DNA of 48,704 nucleotides from Dehalococcoidia bacterium (GCA_049642385.1 JBAROU010000126.1:1-48704); one strand, 5' to 3'; numbered from the stretch's first letter, positions 36,474 through 46,060 are shown. The notes: generated from the sequence alone by a model not told the origin. Translations and numbers: made by a program.

Positions 36474-36479
36474 AGTATA
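36474..36479 (-). promoter_or_regulatory. Candidate -10 TATACT for the phosphatase gene
   Basis: Minus-strand TATACT lies 12 nt upstream of ATG 36461. Confidence 0.3.
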
Positions 36480-36529
36480 CAGCGAAGCGTGGGCATTGGC
36501 GGCCTGTTCTGTGTCCGCGCGCTAACCGC

Positions 36530-36535
36530 TATACT
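36530..36535 (+). promoter_or_regulatory. Candidate -10 TATACT for the amidase gene
   Basis: TATACT lies 11 nt upstream of ATG 36547. No SD. Confidence 0.3.
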
Positions 36536-36546
36536 GCTCCCCGCTC

Positions 36547-37971
36547 ATGATCACCACGACCGACCTCTGCTACCTGTCGCTCGCCGAGCTGGCGGGGCGC
36601 ATTCGGGCCAAGGAGGTGAGTCCCGTCGAGGCGACGGAGGCGGTGCTGGAGCGCATCGAGCGGCTCAACCCGAAGCTGACCGCCTACATCACGGTGATGG
36701 CCGAGCAGGCGCTCGCCGATGCGCGCGCGGCGGAGAGCGAGATCGCGTCGGGCAAGTACCGCAGCGCGCTGCACGGCGTGCCGATCGGCGTGAAGGACCT
36801 GTGCGAGACGAAGGGCGTGCGCACGACAGCAGGGTCGAAGATCCTGGGCTACTGGGTGCCCGATCGCGACGCGACAGTGGTCACAAAGCTGCGCGAAGCG
36901 GGCGCGGTGATCGTGGGCAAGCTGAACCTACACGAGTTCGCCTTCGGCGCGCTCGGTCTGAACCCACACTATGGCCACGCGCGCAACCCGTGGGACACCG
37001 AACGGATCACCGGCGGCTCCAGCAGTGGCTCCGGCGCGGCGGTGGCGGCGGGGCTCTGCTTTGCGGCGCTGGGCAGCGACACCGGCGGCTCGATCCGGAT
37101 ACCGTCGTCGTTCTGCGGCATCGCTGGCATCAAGCCGACGTACGGTCGCGTGAGCCTATACGGCGTCGTGCCACTCGCCTGGTCGCTCGACCACATTGGG
37201 CCGATGGCGCGCACCGTGCGCGACTGCGCGCTCGTGCTTGAGGCGATCGCGGGCCACGACCCGAACGACCCTTCGAGTGCCGACGCGCCGGTCGAACGGT
37301 GGTCAGAAGCGCTGGAGGGCGGTATCGAGGGGCTGCGTATCGGTGTGCCCGTGCCTTACGCGTTCCCGCCTGGCGGACGGGCAGGCGAGGAGACAGAGCC
37401 CGATGTCGCGGCGATTGTTCGTGAAGGGATCGCGACGTTGGAACGTCTCGGGGCGCAGGTGCGAGAGCTAGAGCTACCGATCATCCAGCAGTACTGGGGC
37501 GCAGCGAGCACGGTGCTGCTCGGTGAGGCAGCCGCGTATCATAAGGAGAACATGGAGCAGCGCCCGCAGGAATACGGCGACGATGTGCGTCTGCGCCTCG
37601 GCTGGGGGATGGATCAGAAAGCCGTCGACTACGTGCGCGGGGCCCGCTTGCGCGATGAAGCGCGGCGCGCAGCAGACGACGTGCTCTTCTCTAATGTCGA
37701 TCTGCTTGCGATGCCCACGACGCGGCGCACGGCGGTGACGTTCGACTCGATATCGAAGGACGACCCGACGCTTGGGCTCACGCGCCTTACTGCCGCGTTC
37801 GACGCGACGGGCCAGCCAGCGATGTCTGTGCCGTGCGGGTTTACCGAGGAGGGCCTGCCCGTGGGCCTGCAGCTGGTCGGCCGCTCGTTCGACGAGCGCA
37901 CAGTGCTGCGCGCCGCCCACGCGTTCGAGGCGGCCGCCGGCCTTTGGGCTCGGCGTCCGCCGGTGGATTGA
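36547..37971 (+). CDS. Amidase-signature family amidase
   Basis: GVKD (Lys), GGSSSGSG (cis-Ser), GGSIRIP (Ser nucleophile). Paralog of the gene at 1-1380. Confidence 0.9.
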   Translation: MITTTDLCYLSLAELAGRIRAKEVSPVEATEAVLERIERLNPKLTAYITVMAEQALADARAAESEIASGKYRSALHGVPIGVKDLCETKGVRTTAGSKILGYWVPDRDATVVTKLREAGAVIVGKLNLHEFAFGALGLNPHYGHARNPWDTERITGGSSSGSGAAVAAGLCFAALGSDTGGSIRIPSSFCGIAGIKPTYGRVSLYGVVPLAWSLDHIGPMARTVRDCALVLEAIAGHDPNDPSSADAPVERWSEALEGGIEGLRIGVPVPYAFPPGGRAGEETEPDVAAIVREGIATLERLGAQVRELELPIIQQYWGAASTVLLGEAAAYHKENMEQRPQEYGDDVRLRLGWGMDQKAVDYVRGARLRDEARRAADDVLFSNVDLLAMPTTRRTAVTFDSISKDDPTLGLTRLTAAFDATGQPAMSVPCGFTEEGLPVGLQLVGRSFDERTVLRAAHAFEAAAGLWARRPPVD

Positions 37972-38005
37972 ACACCGCTCTGCAGAGACAGACCTTCTTG
38001 TAGAG

Positions 38006-38782
38006 ATGATCGCGCGTAAGCCTCGACACTCGACCGCATCGAAGCAGCCCAAGCTCTACCGCGAGCTGGCGTCCTGGTTTCACCTGCTCACCGCTCCGAA
38101 GGACTACAAGGCCGAAGCGGCGTTCTACCGCCGCCTGCTCGTCGAGGCTTGCGACCGGCGGCCGAAGACCGTGCTGGAGCTGGGCAGCGGAGGGGGCAAC
38201 AACGCATCTCATCTCAAGAAGCACTTCGAGCTGACGCTCGTCGATCTTTCGCCCGAGATGCTCGCGCTGAGCCGAACACTGAACCCGGAGTGCGAGCATA
38301 TCGTGGGCGACATGCGCAGCGTGAGCCTCGGTCACACGTTCGACGCCGTGTTCGTCCACGACGCGGTGTCGTACATCACGAGCGAGAACGGCCTGCGGCG
38401 CGCGATCGAGACAGCGTTCGTGCACTGCCGGCCGGGCGGAGCAGCGCTCTTCTCGCCGGACCACCTGCGCGAGACGTTTCGCGAGTCGACCGGGCATGGC
38501 GGCCATGACGGCGAGGACGGCCGTGGGCTGCGATACGTGGCGTGGACATGGGATCCGGACCCCGATGACGATACATACCTTGTGGACTTCGCCTACCTCT
38601 TGCGCGGGCGCACCGGACGGGTGCGCACAATCTATGATCGCCACGTGAACGGCGCGTTTCGGCGTCGTACGTGGCTCCGCCTGCTACGCGACGCAGGATT
38701 CGAGGCGAAGATTGAGAAGTTCGATACCGGCAACATGGATATCGAGACGCAGGAGCTGTTCGTCGCCAAACGACCGAACTGA
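38006..38782 (+). CDS. Class I SAM-dependent methyltransferase (TylM1/DesVI-like architecture)
   Basis: Motif I VLELGSGGGN. N-terminal LYRELASWFHLL...KDYKAEAAF is reminiscent of the TylM1-type family. The track ORF start at 37772 overlaps the amidase and was rejected. Confidence 0.8.
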   Translation: MIARKPRHSTASKQPKLYRELASWFHLLTAPKDYKAEAAFYRRLLVEACDRRPKTVLELGSGGGNNASHLKKHFELTLVDLSPEMLALSRTLNPECEHIVGDMRSVSLGHTFDAVFVHDAVSYITSENGLRRAIETAFVHCRPGGAALFSPDHLRETFRESTGHGGHDGEDGRGLRYVAWTWDPDPDDDTYLVDFAYLLRGRTGRVRTIYDRHVNGAFRRRTWLRLLRDAGFEAKIEKFDTGNMDIETQELFVAKRPN

Positions 38783-38829
38783 GCGGGGCCGTCTGCTATG
38801 ATAGGCGTCGGTAGAGACGAGATGGAGAG

Positions 38830-39456
38830 ATGACCCAGACAGCGATCCGTGACCTGACGTTCACCAGCGGCGACCTGACGCTGGAGGGCGCGCTGCACCT
38901 GCCGTCGCAGACGCCCGCGCCCGCTGCGGTCGTCTGCCACCCGCACCCGCAGTACGGGGGCGACATGGAGAACAACGTCGTCCGCGCCGCGTGTGAGGCG
39001 CTGGTCCAGCGCGGGTTCGCTGCGCTGCGCTTCAACTTCCGAGGCGTCGGCCGCAGCGACGGCGCGTTCGACCAGGGGCAGGGTGAGCAAGGCGACGTGC
39101 GCGCAGCGCTCGCGCATCTCGCGTCGCTACCCGAAGTCGACTCGAAGCGCCTCGGGCTGATCGGCTACTCGTTCGGGGCGATGGTGGCCGCCGAGGTTGC
39201 GAGCGGGGCGCTGCGCGGGCTCGTGCTGATCTCGCCGCCGGTAGCGTTCGGCGACCTGCGTGTCGCCTGGGGCTGTCCTGCGCTCGTCGCGGGAGGCGGC
39301 GAGGACCAGATATCGCCTGCGGACCGGCTGCGTGTCGTGGGCCAGGCGCCTGGGGTTGAGCTGCGCATTGTGGCCGGCGCCGACCACTCGTGGTGGGGTT
39401 ACGAGCCGGACCTGAGCGAAGCGCTGGGCACGTTCTTCGCCGACCACTTCAAGTAG
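38830..39456 (+). CDS. Alpha/beta hydrolase (short, COG2945-like)
   Basis: Nucleophile elbow GYSFG and late DH (GADHSWW). Confidence 0.7.
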   Translation: MTQTAIRDLTFTSGDLTLEGALHLPSQTPAPAAVVCHPHPQYGGDMENNVVRAACEALVQRGFAALRFNFRGVGRSDGAFDQGQGEQGDVRAALAHLASLPEVDSKRLGLIGYSFGAMVAAEVASGALRGLVLISPPVAFGDLRVAWGCPALVAGGGEDQISPADRLRVVGQAPGVELRIVAGADHSWWGYEPDLSEALGTFFADHFK

Positions 39457-39458
39457 TC

Positions 39459-40778
39459 ATGGCCGACGCGTTGTTGATCCGCGACGTGACGTTGATCGAC
39501 GGCACGGGCGCGCCTGCGCTTGCCGATGCCGCAATCGCGATCGAAGGTGGGTGCATCGTCGCCGCCGGGCTCGCGGACGATGTCGATGCGTCGCCGGGAG
39601 CGACGGTGATCGACGGGAGCGGTCTGTGGGCTGTTCCCGGGTTGATCGACACGCACGTTCACACGGAGCTCGTCGGGTTTGAGTCGCTGCCGGTGTTCCT
39701 CGCTCTGGGGCTGACGACGGTGCGCGACCTCGGCGGGGGGCTCCCATTCCTGACCGAAACGAGAGCACTGCTCGAAGACGGCGCCGTCGGGCCGCGGCTG
39801 CTCGTTACCGGCCCGATGATCGACGGCGAGCCGCCTACGTGGCCCGCGCTCGTCAAGTCAACGCCGGATGCAGAGGCCGCTGTGCGAGTCGTAGAAGAGC
39901 ATCTCGCGGCTGGCGCCGACGCGATCAAGCTGTACACGACGCTTCAACCTGAGAGCCTGCGGCGCTGCATCGAGCAGGTGGACGGCCGAGTGCCGGTGAC
40001 GGGACACCTGGGCGCGACGCGCGCGAGCGAGGCGATGGAGGCGGGCATCAACGGTTTGGAGCACGCGCTCCTGACGCCGTATAACGACCTGGTTCCGGAC
40101 GAGCTGCGCACGGCGCACGACGAGACGATGATGTCGCCCGGATTCTGGAGGAAGATGAACCAGGGTTGGCTTCAGGCAGACTTCGATTCGGAGCGGGCGC
40201 AGCGCTTCATCGAGATGGTTGTGGAGCGCGATGTCTCGTTTTGCCCCACGCTCACTGTGCTGCCCGGCGCCAACGACGAGCCGACTGATGAAGAGCTGCG
40301 CCACGCGCCGCGCGTTGCCGAGCGCTGGCTGGAAGCGACGAGTCAGCGGGAGGCACAGAGCGTGGAACGGCCGCCGGAGTTCCAACAGTGGCTGGCAAAG
40401 GTACGCGGCAAGCTCGCCGATCTCGTCGGAAGGGTGCACCGTGCGGGAGGGCGGATCGTCGCCGGCACGGACACGGGCGCTGTGCGCAGCCTCGTGCCGG
40501 GCTACGCGCTCCACCTCGAGCTGAAGTTGCTAGCGGCTGCCGGTCTCTCGAACATGGAGCTGCTCCGCAGCGCGACGGCGCGCGCGGCGGAGGCGCTGAG
40601 GCGCGACGATCTCGGCACGATCGAGGCCGGCAAGCGCGCGGACGTGCTGTTGGTAAGGCGCGACCCGTTGCTGGAAATCACCGCGCTGCGTGATATCCAG
40701 CGTATCGTGCAGGATGGGCGAGTGTACGACCCGGCTGACCTGCTGCGCCAAGCGAGCGAAACCCCAGGCGACTCGTGA
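39459..40778 (+). CDS. Metal-dependent amidohydrolase family protein
   Basis: N-terminal LIRDVTLIDGTG plus the HxH motif (LIDTHVH). C-terminal GTIEAGKRADVLLV is typical of the amidohydrolase superfamily. Confidence 0.85.
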   Translation: MADALLIRDVTLIDGTGAPALADAAIAIEGGCIVAAGLADDVDASPGATVIDGSGLWAVPGLIDTHVHTELVGFESLPVFLALGLTTVRDLGGGLPFLTETRALLEDGAVGPRLLVTGPMIDGEPPTWPALVKSTPDAEAAVRVVEEHLAAGADAIKLYTTLQPESLRRCIEQVDGRVPVTGHLGATRASEAMEAGINGLEHALLTPYNDLVPDELRTAHDETMMSPGFWRKMNQGWLQADFDSERAQRFIEMVVERDVSFCPTLTVLPGANDEPTDEELRHAPRVAERWLEATSQREAQSVERPPEFQQWLAKVRGKLADLVGRVHRAGGRIVAGTDTGAVRSLVPGYALHLELKLLAAAGLSNMELLRSATARAAEALRRDDLGTIEAGKRADVLLVRRDPLLEITALRDIQRIVQDGRVYDPADLLRQASETPGDS

Positions 40779-40853
40779 TCGTCGAGCCGTGTTGAGTCGT
40801 CGCGCGTCATATGATGTTTCGACGTGAGTACTATCTCAAAGGAGGTATCGCAC

Positions 40854-41531
40854 ATGGCAGGAGAGATGGTGAAGTTCCCGAGCAACGGCCAGGAGGCCGA
40901 AGGCTACCTGGCGAAGCCCGCGTCTGGCAGCGGACCGGGTGTAATCGTGATTCAGGAGTGGTGGGGGTTGGTGCCCAACATCATCGACATCAGCGACCGG
41001 CTGGCCGGCGCGGGCTACGTCGCGCTGGCGCCTGACCTCTACCACGGCAAGAAGGCGAGCGAGCCGGATGAGGCGGGCAAACTGATGATGAGCATGAAGC
41101 TCGACGAGGCTGCGCGCGACATGACGGGTGCGGTCGATTACCTCACCGGCCTCGACGCTACGAACGGCAAGCTGGGCTGCGTAGGCTTCTGCCTGGGCGG
41201 CGGTCTATCGTTGTATCTTGCGACCCTCAAGTCGCAGATCGGCGCGTGTGTGATCTATTACGGTGTGCTACCGGGCGCGCAGCCGGACCTGGTGAAGGTG
41301 CAAGCGTCCGTCCTGGGTCACTACGCCGAGAACGATGACTTCGCGTCGCCGGCGAGCGCGCGCGAGCTTGAAAACAAGCTCAAGTCGCTCGGCAAGGACG
41401 TCGAGTTCTACATCTATCCGGGTACGAGCCACGGCTTCTTCAACGATACGCGCCCTGAGGCGCACGACGCCAACGCAGCCAGGCAGACGTGGGAGCGAAC
41501 GCTGGCCTTCTTCGATAAGCATCTGAAGTAG
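40854..41531 (+). CDS. Dienelactone hydrolase family protein
   Basis: GVIVIQEWWG, Cys nucleophile elbow GFCLGG, late HGF. GGAGG 8 nt upstream of ATG 40854. Confidence 0.85.
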   Translation: MAGEMVKFPSNGQEAEGYLAKPASGSGPGVIVIQEWWGLVPNIIDISDRLAGAGYVALAPDLYHGKKASEPDEAGKLMMSMKLDEAARDMTGAVDYLTGLDATNGKLGCVGFCLGGGLSLYLATLKSQIGACVIYYGVLPGAQPDLVKVQASVLGHYAENDDFASPASARELENKLKSLGKDVEFYIYPGTSHGFFNDTRPEAHDANAARQTWERTLAFFDKHLK

Positions 41532-41535
41532 CGGT

Positions 41536-42408
41536 ATGGCCGACTCCGCCCGCGACGAGATCGTCACGCTGCGTGGCCTGCGTTTTCACTACCGCGACTA
41601 CGGCGGTACCGGCCGGCCGATCGTGCTACTGCACGGCCTGGCGTCGAATGCGCGCTGGTGGAACCTCGTTGGGCCGCTGCTGACGGATCGCTTTCGCGTG
41701 CTCGCGCTCGACCAGCGCGGCCATGGTGGGAGCGACAGGCCAGACGACGGCTACGACTTCGCGTCGGTCGTCGGCGATCTCGCTGCGTTCATCGATGAGC
41801 TTGGCCTCGATGGGCCCATCGTCGGTGGGCACTCGTGGGGCGGTAACGTCGCGCTGGAGTACGCCGCCACGCATCCGGAGCACGTCGGCGCGCTCGTGCT
41901 CGTCGATGGAGGCTTTCTGGAGCTGTCGGGTCGGGACGGAGCGACCTGGGAACGCGCAGAGCGTGAGATGGCGCCGCCTGACCTCACGCACCTAACGCCG
42001 GCGCAACTGATCGAGGGGGCGAAGCGCTGGGAGCTAGGCCACTTTTGGAGCGACGAAGTGGAGGCGGCGCTGATGGGCAACTTCCACATCACGGAAGCGG
42101 GAACGATCCGGCCGTATCTGAGTCATGTCAACCACATGAAGATCGTGCGTGCGCTCTGGGACCAACGACCATCTGAGCTCTGCGCGAGTGTGGACTGCCC
42201 GGTGCTCTTCATTGCGGCCGAGCGAGCGGGTGAGGGACGCGCTCGCGAATGGATCGAGATGAAGCGCAAGGCGATCGGGCAAGCGCAGGAGCGGTTGACC
42301 GACTGCCAGGTGCTCTGGTTCGAGGATACGGTGCACGACGTCCCGCTCCAGCGACCGCAAGAACTCGCGGCCGCGATCGAGAAGTTCGCGTTAGCGCTGG
42401 AGCGTTAG
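41536..42408 (+). CDS. Alpha/beta hydrolase (MhpC-like fold)
   Basis: HGLASN oxyanion region, GHSWGG nucleophile elbow, C-terminal HD (VHDVPL). Confidence 0.85.
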   Translation: MADSARDEIVTLRGLRFHYRDYGGTGRPIVLLHGLASNARWWNLVGPLLTDRFRVLALDQRGHGGSDRPDDGYDFASVVGDLAAFIDELGLDGPIVGGHSWGGNVALEYAATHPEHVGALVLVDGGFLELSGRDGATWERAEREMAPPDLTHLTPAQLIEGAKRWELGHFWSDEVEAALMGNFHITEAGTIRPYLSHVNHMKIVRALWDQRPSELCASVDCPVLFIAAERAGEGRAREWIEMKRKAIGQAQERLTDCQVLWFEDTVHDVPLQRPQELAAAIEKFALALER

Positions 42409-42409
42409 C

Positions 42410-43024
42410 CTAGGGCGCTGGTTCTTGCTGCTGGTTCGGGATCTTGATCTCTTGACCCACCTTGAGGTCGGCCGGGTCCGCGAGGCCGTTAGCGCTCACG
42501 ATCGCATCGACGGACACTCCGTAACGCTGGGCGATATCCCACAACGTGTCGCCGCTGAGAATCGTGTACGTCTCGTTGGCGGCGGGCGCTGCGGGCTGTA
42601 GCGGGACGGCGGTAGGCTGCACCGCAGGCTGCACGGCGGAGTCGGCGACATCGCTCGTGACATCGCCGGGCGTGTCCTGCACGACGGTTGCGCTATTCGA
42701 ACCACCGTCCGAGAAGTTCGGGAGCAGGAGCATCGCCAGGAAGAGCACACCGATGCCCGCGAGGATGATAGGCGCTCGATGCGTCTCATGGATGGGTAAG
42801 TGCCGGTCGTACTCGAGCTCCTGTGGGCGGCGCGCGAGGAAGATCACGGCAGCTGCTCCCAGGAGCAAGATGCCGACCGTAAGGAACCAGAGACTGGAAC
42901 CCGACCAGAGCATACGGATCAGGATAAGGGAAAGAACGGGCACGGCGACAAGTAGGGCCATGCCGGTCCAGGGACGCTCTACGCTGTGGCGCGGCTGCGG
43001 CGAAGAGATCCAAGGTGACGCCAT
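42410..43024 (-). CDS. LysM domain-containing membrane protein
   Basis: Three N-terminal TM helices and a C-terminal LysM domain (YTILSGDTLWDIAQRYGVSVDAIVSANGL). AAAGGAGG SD upstream of ATG 43024. Confidence 0.8.
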   Translation of the reverse strand: MASPWISSPQPRHSVERPWTGMALLVAVPVLSLILIRMLWSGSSLWFLTVGILLLGAAAVIFLARRPQELEYDRHLPIHETHRAPIILAGIGVLFLAMLLLPNFSDGGSNSATVVQDTPGDVTSDVADSAVQPAVQPTAVPLQPAAPAANETYTILSGDTLWDIAQRYGVSVDAIVSANGLADPADLKVGQEIKIPNQQQEPAP

Positions 43025-43177
43025 GAGCGAGCCTCCTTTCAACCTAGTGCTGGTAGCATACACGAACGGTCAAGCTATTACAAGATGTAGGACGGTTGCC
43101 CGCGAAATACCATATTCAGTAGACTGATTATCCACTCGACGACGTTGGCTGCCGCGCGATTCCCAGGTTCGCGATTG

Positions 43178-43207
43178 CTTGACACAACATAGGGCGTTGG
43201 CTACGTT
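43178..43207 (+). promoter_or_regulatory. Candidate promoter TTGACA-18-TACGTT for the LCP gene
   Basis: Consensus -35. The -10 ends 9 nt before GTG 43217. No SD. Confidence 0.45.
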
Positions 43208-43216
43208 CAGAAAGAC

Positions 43217-44608
43217 GTGTCGCAGACACTTACACCCCGTCCGGCCAGTGCTAGTCGGCTGCGACAGCGGGTTCTTATCGCTCTCGTCAGTCTCCTTCTT
43301 CTGGTAGCCGCAGGCTGGCTTTCCCTCGTCATCCTCACCCGTATCGACGAGCTCTTTCTTCCGAATGAGCTCAACCTGGGTGCCCTCACGAACGTTCCGG
43401 GCGTGCAGAACGCAGGGGATGGGCCGACGGAGCGCATCAACATCCTCGTCATGGGACTGGACCGGCGCCCGCAGGAGGGCGACGCGCCCGCGCGTACCGA
43501 CACGATGTTCGTGCTCACGATCGACCCGCAGACGAAGACAGCAGGTATGTTGGGCATCCCGCGCGATCTCTGGGTCGATTATCCGTATAAGCGCGGCGGT
43601 GGCTGCTGTTACCAGGAGCGGATCAACGCCGCCTACGTGCTCGGTGAGACGCAGGGCTACCCGGAAGGCGGTATCGGTCTGACGATGGACGTGATCGAGC
43701 AGAACCTCGGGATCCACGTCGATCACTACGTCATGATCGACTTCGAGGGCTTCATCGAACTGATCGACGCGCTGGGCGGCATTACGTTGTACGTGGAGCA
43801 GACGGTGGATGACCCGTATTACTCCTACACGGAAAAGCGCTATGACTACTTGCCGATCCACTTCGACGCAGGCGAGACGGCGACCATGGATGGTGTGACC
43901 GCACTCGGTTACGCGCGCACGCGCCGCAACTCGAGTGATTTTGACCGGATCCGCCGCCAGCAGCAGGTGATCTTCGCGGCACTGGACAAGGCGACGCAGC
44001 AAGACTGGAACGACGTCGCGAAGATACCGGGGCTTTGGAAGAAGTATAAGGGCGCGATCAAGACCGACGTGAACGACCTGCTGGTTCTGCGTTACGCCGG
44101 GCTGGCCAGCGGCATCGAGACGAGTGAGATCACGGCTTTTTCGCTCGGTTATGCGACCACGGGGTGGACGACGCCCAACGGCGCCTCCGTGCTCCTGGCC
44201 GACAAGGACCTTGTGCAGGAGCTGGTCCAGGCGCTCTTCAGCGATCACCAACTTATTGAGGAGAGCGCGCACGTTGAGGTGCAGAACGGTTCGGGCGAGG
44301 ATGGACTCGCCGATAAGGTGACCCGCTTCCTTGCCGGCCAGGGCTTCCTTTCGACCTCGCTCACAGCGTTGGCCGCCGCCGACGGGCGTTTACGGCCGCA
44401 GACCGAAATCATTGACTACTCCGGTAAAGCGTACACCATGGAGCGCCTTACGAAGCTGCTCAAGGTGCCCGACAAGTGGGTGCGCCGGGCCAAGCCCGAA
44501 GACGATTCGCTGAGGACTGAGACGACCACGGACATTGTCGTCATCCTGGGCAGCGACGCTCTTACGCGGAGCTTTTCGACGGGCGAGGAAGCCGCCAATA
44601 GCCGCTAG
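43217..44608 (+). CDS. LytR-CpsA-Psr (LCP) family cell-wall glycopolymer transferase with LytR_C domain
   Basis: N-terminal TM. LCP core NILVMGLDRR...RTDTMFVLTIDP, IDFEGFIELIDALGG, ARTRR. C-terminal LytR_C-like region (VEVQNGSG). Confidence 0.88.
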   Translation: MSQTLTPRPASASRLRQRVLIALVSLLLLVAAGWLSLVILTRIDELFLPNELNLGALTNVPGVQNAGDGPTERINILVMGLDRRPQEGDAPARTDTMFVLTIDPQTKTAGMLGIPRDLWVDYPYKRGGGCCYQERINAAYVLGETQGYPEGGIGLTMDVIEQNLGIHVDHYVMIDFEGFIELIDALGGITLYVEQTVDDPYYSYTEKRYDYLPIHFDAGETATMDGVTALGYARTRRNSSDFDRIRRQQQVIFAALDKATQQDWNDVAKIPGLWKKYKGAIKTDVNDLLVLRYAGLASGIETSEITAFSLGYATTGWTTPNGASVLLADKDLVQELVQALFSDHQLIEESAHVEVQNGSGEDGLADKVTRFLAGQGFLSTSLTALAAADGRLRPQTEIIDYSGKAYTMERLTKLLKVPDKWVRRAKPEDDSLRTETTTDIVVILGSDALTRSFSTGEEAANSR

Positions 44609-45651
44609 GCCTCGGCCGAGACGATCACCATCGACTTCAACCCCTCGTTGCGCAGGCGTGCCGCGTATGCCTCGGTGGCGTTCGCGAGCGGCACGCGGTG
44701 GGTCGTGATCTCGTCGATCGCTGGCAGGTGCGGTAGCAGCTCGAGCGCGCGCCGATATTGCTCGGGCGAAGCGTTCTGGCTGCCGGTGAGGCGTACCTCG
44801 TTATAGTGGATCGCGTTCGGGTCAAGCGAGACGCGCGCGTCGGGCGGGAAGCCGGCGAACAGATTGGTCACGCCCAGCCGCTTCGTGCAGGCGATCGCCG
44901 TTTCGATGACCTCCGACAGACCGCTCGTCACGATGACGGCGTCCGCGCCCAGGCCGTCCGTGCGCTCGCGGACGACCGACGCTAGCTCCTCACGACGCGG
45001 GTCGATGACGACGCTGGCGTCGAGTCGACGCGCGATGGCGGCGCGCTCTTCGTCTGGCTCGCTGACGATGATCGTGCCCGCACCGAGCGCACGCGCCAGT
45101 ACGAGGTGACAGAGGCCCATCGGGCCGGCGCCGATCAGGACGAGACTCGTGCCCGCGCGCACCCCGCACGTCTCGACCGAATTCAGCACGCAGGCAAGCG
45201 GCTCGGTGAGGCAGGCGCGCTGCATGTCGATGTCCGCCGGCAGCGGGAGTAGGTGGCCCATCGAAACGAGCGATGCCGGTACGAGGACGTGCTCGGCCAG
45301 CCCGCCGTTTTCTTCGTATCCTAGTGTGCGCCGTTCGAGGCAGCGATGGCGCCGTCCGGAGCGGCAATAGACGCACGCGCCGCAGGCGATGATTGGAAAG
45401 ACGGCGACGCGGTCGCCGGGGCGCACGCGCTCGACACCCTCGCCCACCTGGGCGATGGTGCCAGCGATCTCGTGGCCGGGGATGACGCCGTGGCGCGCGT
45501 GCTTCTTGCCGTGGTAGACGCGGATATCCGAGTAGCAGATGCCGGTCGCGCCGACGCGCAGAAGCGCTTCGCCGGGGCCGGCCGCCGGTTGCGCCACGTC
45601 CTCGACGCTGATTCGCTCCGGTTCGTGGAAGATGAGCGCCTTCACGGGCAA
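44605..45651 (-). CDS. Zn-dependent medium-chain alcohol/polyol dehydrogenase
   Basis: GHEIAG catalytic Zn motif, Cys4 structural Zn motif CGACVYCRSGRRHRC, GAGPMG Rossmann motif. The track start is TTG 45651; GTG 45645, giving an MKALIF N-terminus, is an equally good start. Confidence 0.88.
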   Translation of the reverse strand: MPVKALIFHEPERISVEDVAQPAAGPGEALLRVGATGICYSDIRVYHGKKHARHGVIPGHEIAGTIAQVGEGVERVRPGDRVAVFPIIACGACVYCRSGRRHRCLERRTLGYEENGGLAEHVLVPASLVSMGHLLPLPADIDMQRACLTEPLACVLNSVETCGVRAGTSLVLIGAGPMGLCHLVLARALGAGTIIVSEPDEERAAIARRLDASVVIDPRREELASVVRERTDGLGADAVIVTSGLSEVIETAIACTKRLGVTNLFAGFPPDARVSLDPNAIHYNEVRLTGSQNASPEQYRRALELLPHLPAIDEITTHRVPLANATEAYAARLRNEGLKSMVIVSAEA

Positions 45652-45680
45652 ACAAATACGGCCCCGCCGGAGGCGGAGCC
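45649..45680 (-). terminator. Rho-independent terminator after rpsT
   Basis: Minus-strand GGCUCCGCC-UCC-GGCGGGGCC (9 bp including one GU) followed by GUAUUUGUUUG. Confidence 0.5.
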
Positions 45681-45709
45681 GCTGTGGGAGAACGCCACGG
45701 GCGTGCGAC

Positions 45710-45985
45710 CTACTTGCCGCCGCTCTTCAGGGCGTTGAGCTGGCGCGTCAGGCGGGACTTGGTGCGACCGGCGGTGTTGGGATGAATGACGCCCTTGCCG
45801 GCGGTGCGGTCGAGGATGGCAGCGGCGGCGCGTACGGCCGACTCGGCATCTTCCGCCTTGCCGCCTGCTAGCGACTCGCGGGCGTGGCGGATCGCCGAAC
45901 GCGCTTCGGTGCGGCGCGCGCGGTTGCGCTCACGCCGGCGGAGCGACTGGCGGTGCCGTTTCGGGGGCGATAGATGTTTGGTCAA
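45710..45985 (-). CDS. rpsT: 30S ribosomal protein S20
   Basis: Basic N-terminus KRHRQSLRRRERNRARR and an S20-like helical body. Start placed at TTG 45985 with GGGAGAG 4 nt upstream. Confidence 0.85.
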   Translation of the reverse strand: MTKHLSPPKRHRQSLRRRERNRARRTEARSAIRHARESLAGGKAEDAESAVRAAAAILDRTAGKGVIHPNTAGRTKSRLTRQLNALKSGGK

Positions 45986-46060
45986 TGAACTCTCCCAGTA
46001 CAACGTCGAACCGTATGGTAACGGAACGCGCGAGGCTACGTCCAGTGGGCGGGCGCGCCG

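Noticed and set aside
37772-38005. Track ORF extension putting the methyltransferase start inside the amidase gene; similar N-terminal extensions at 1426, 7563, 7600, 9989, 11910, 12242, 26910 and 39390
   Set aside because: The extensions overlap upstream genes or promoters and encode Arg/Ala-rich sequence. Family-typical N-termini begin at the internal start codons used in the feature table.
43128-43136. TTATCCACT, an 8/9 match to a DnaA box, in the LysM/LCP divergent region
   Set aside because: It is a single isolated box with no cluster, no AT-rich unwinding element and no dnaA/dnaN nearby. It is compatible with chance or minor regulation, not an origin.
43070-44272. 400-aa ORF on the minus strand
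   Set aside because: It is antisense to the well-supported LCP gene, has no recognisable motifs and looks like a GC-driven open frame.
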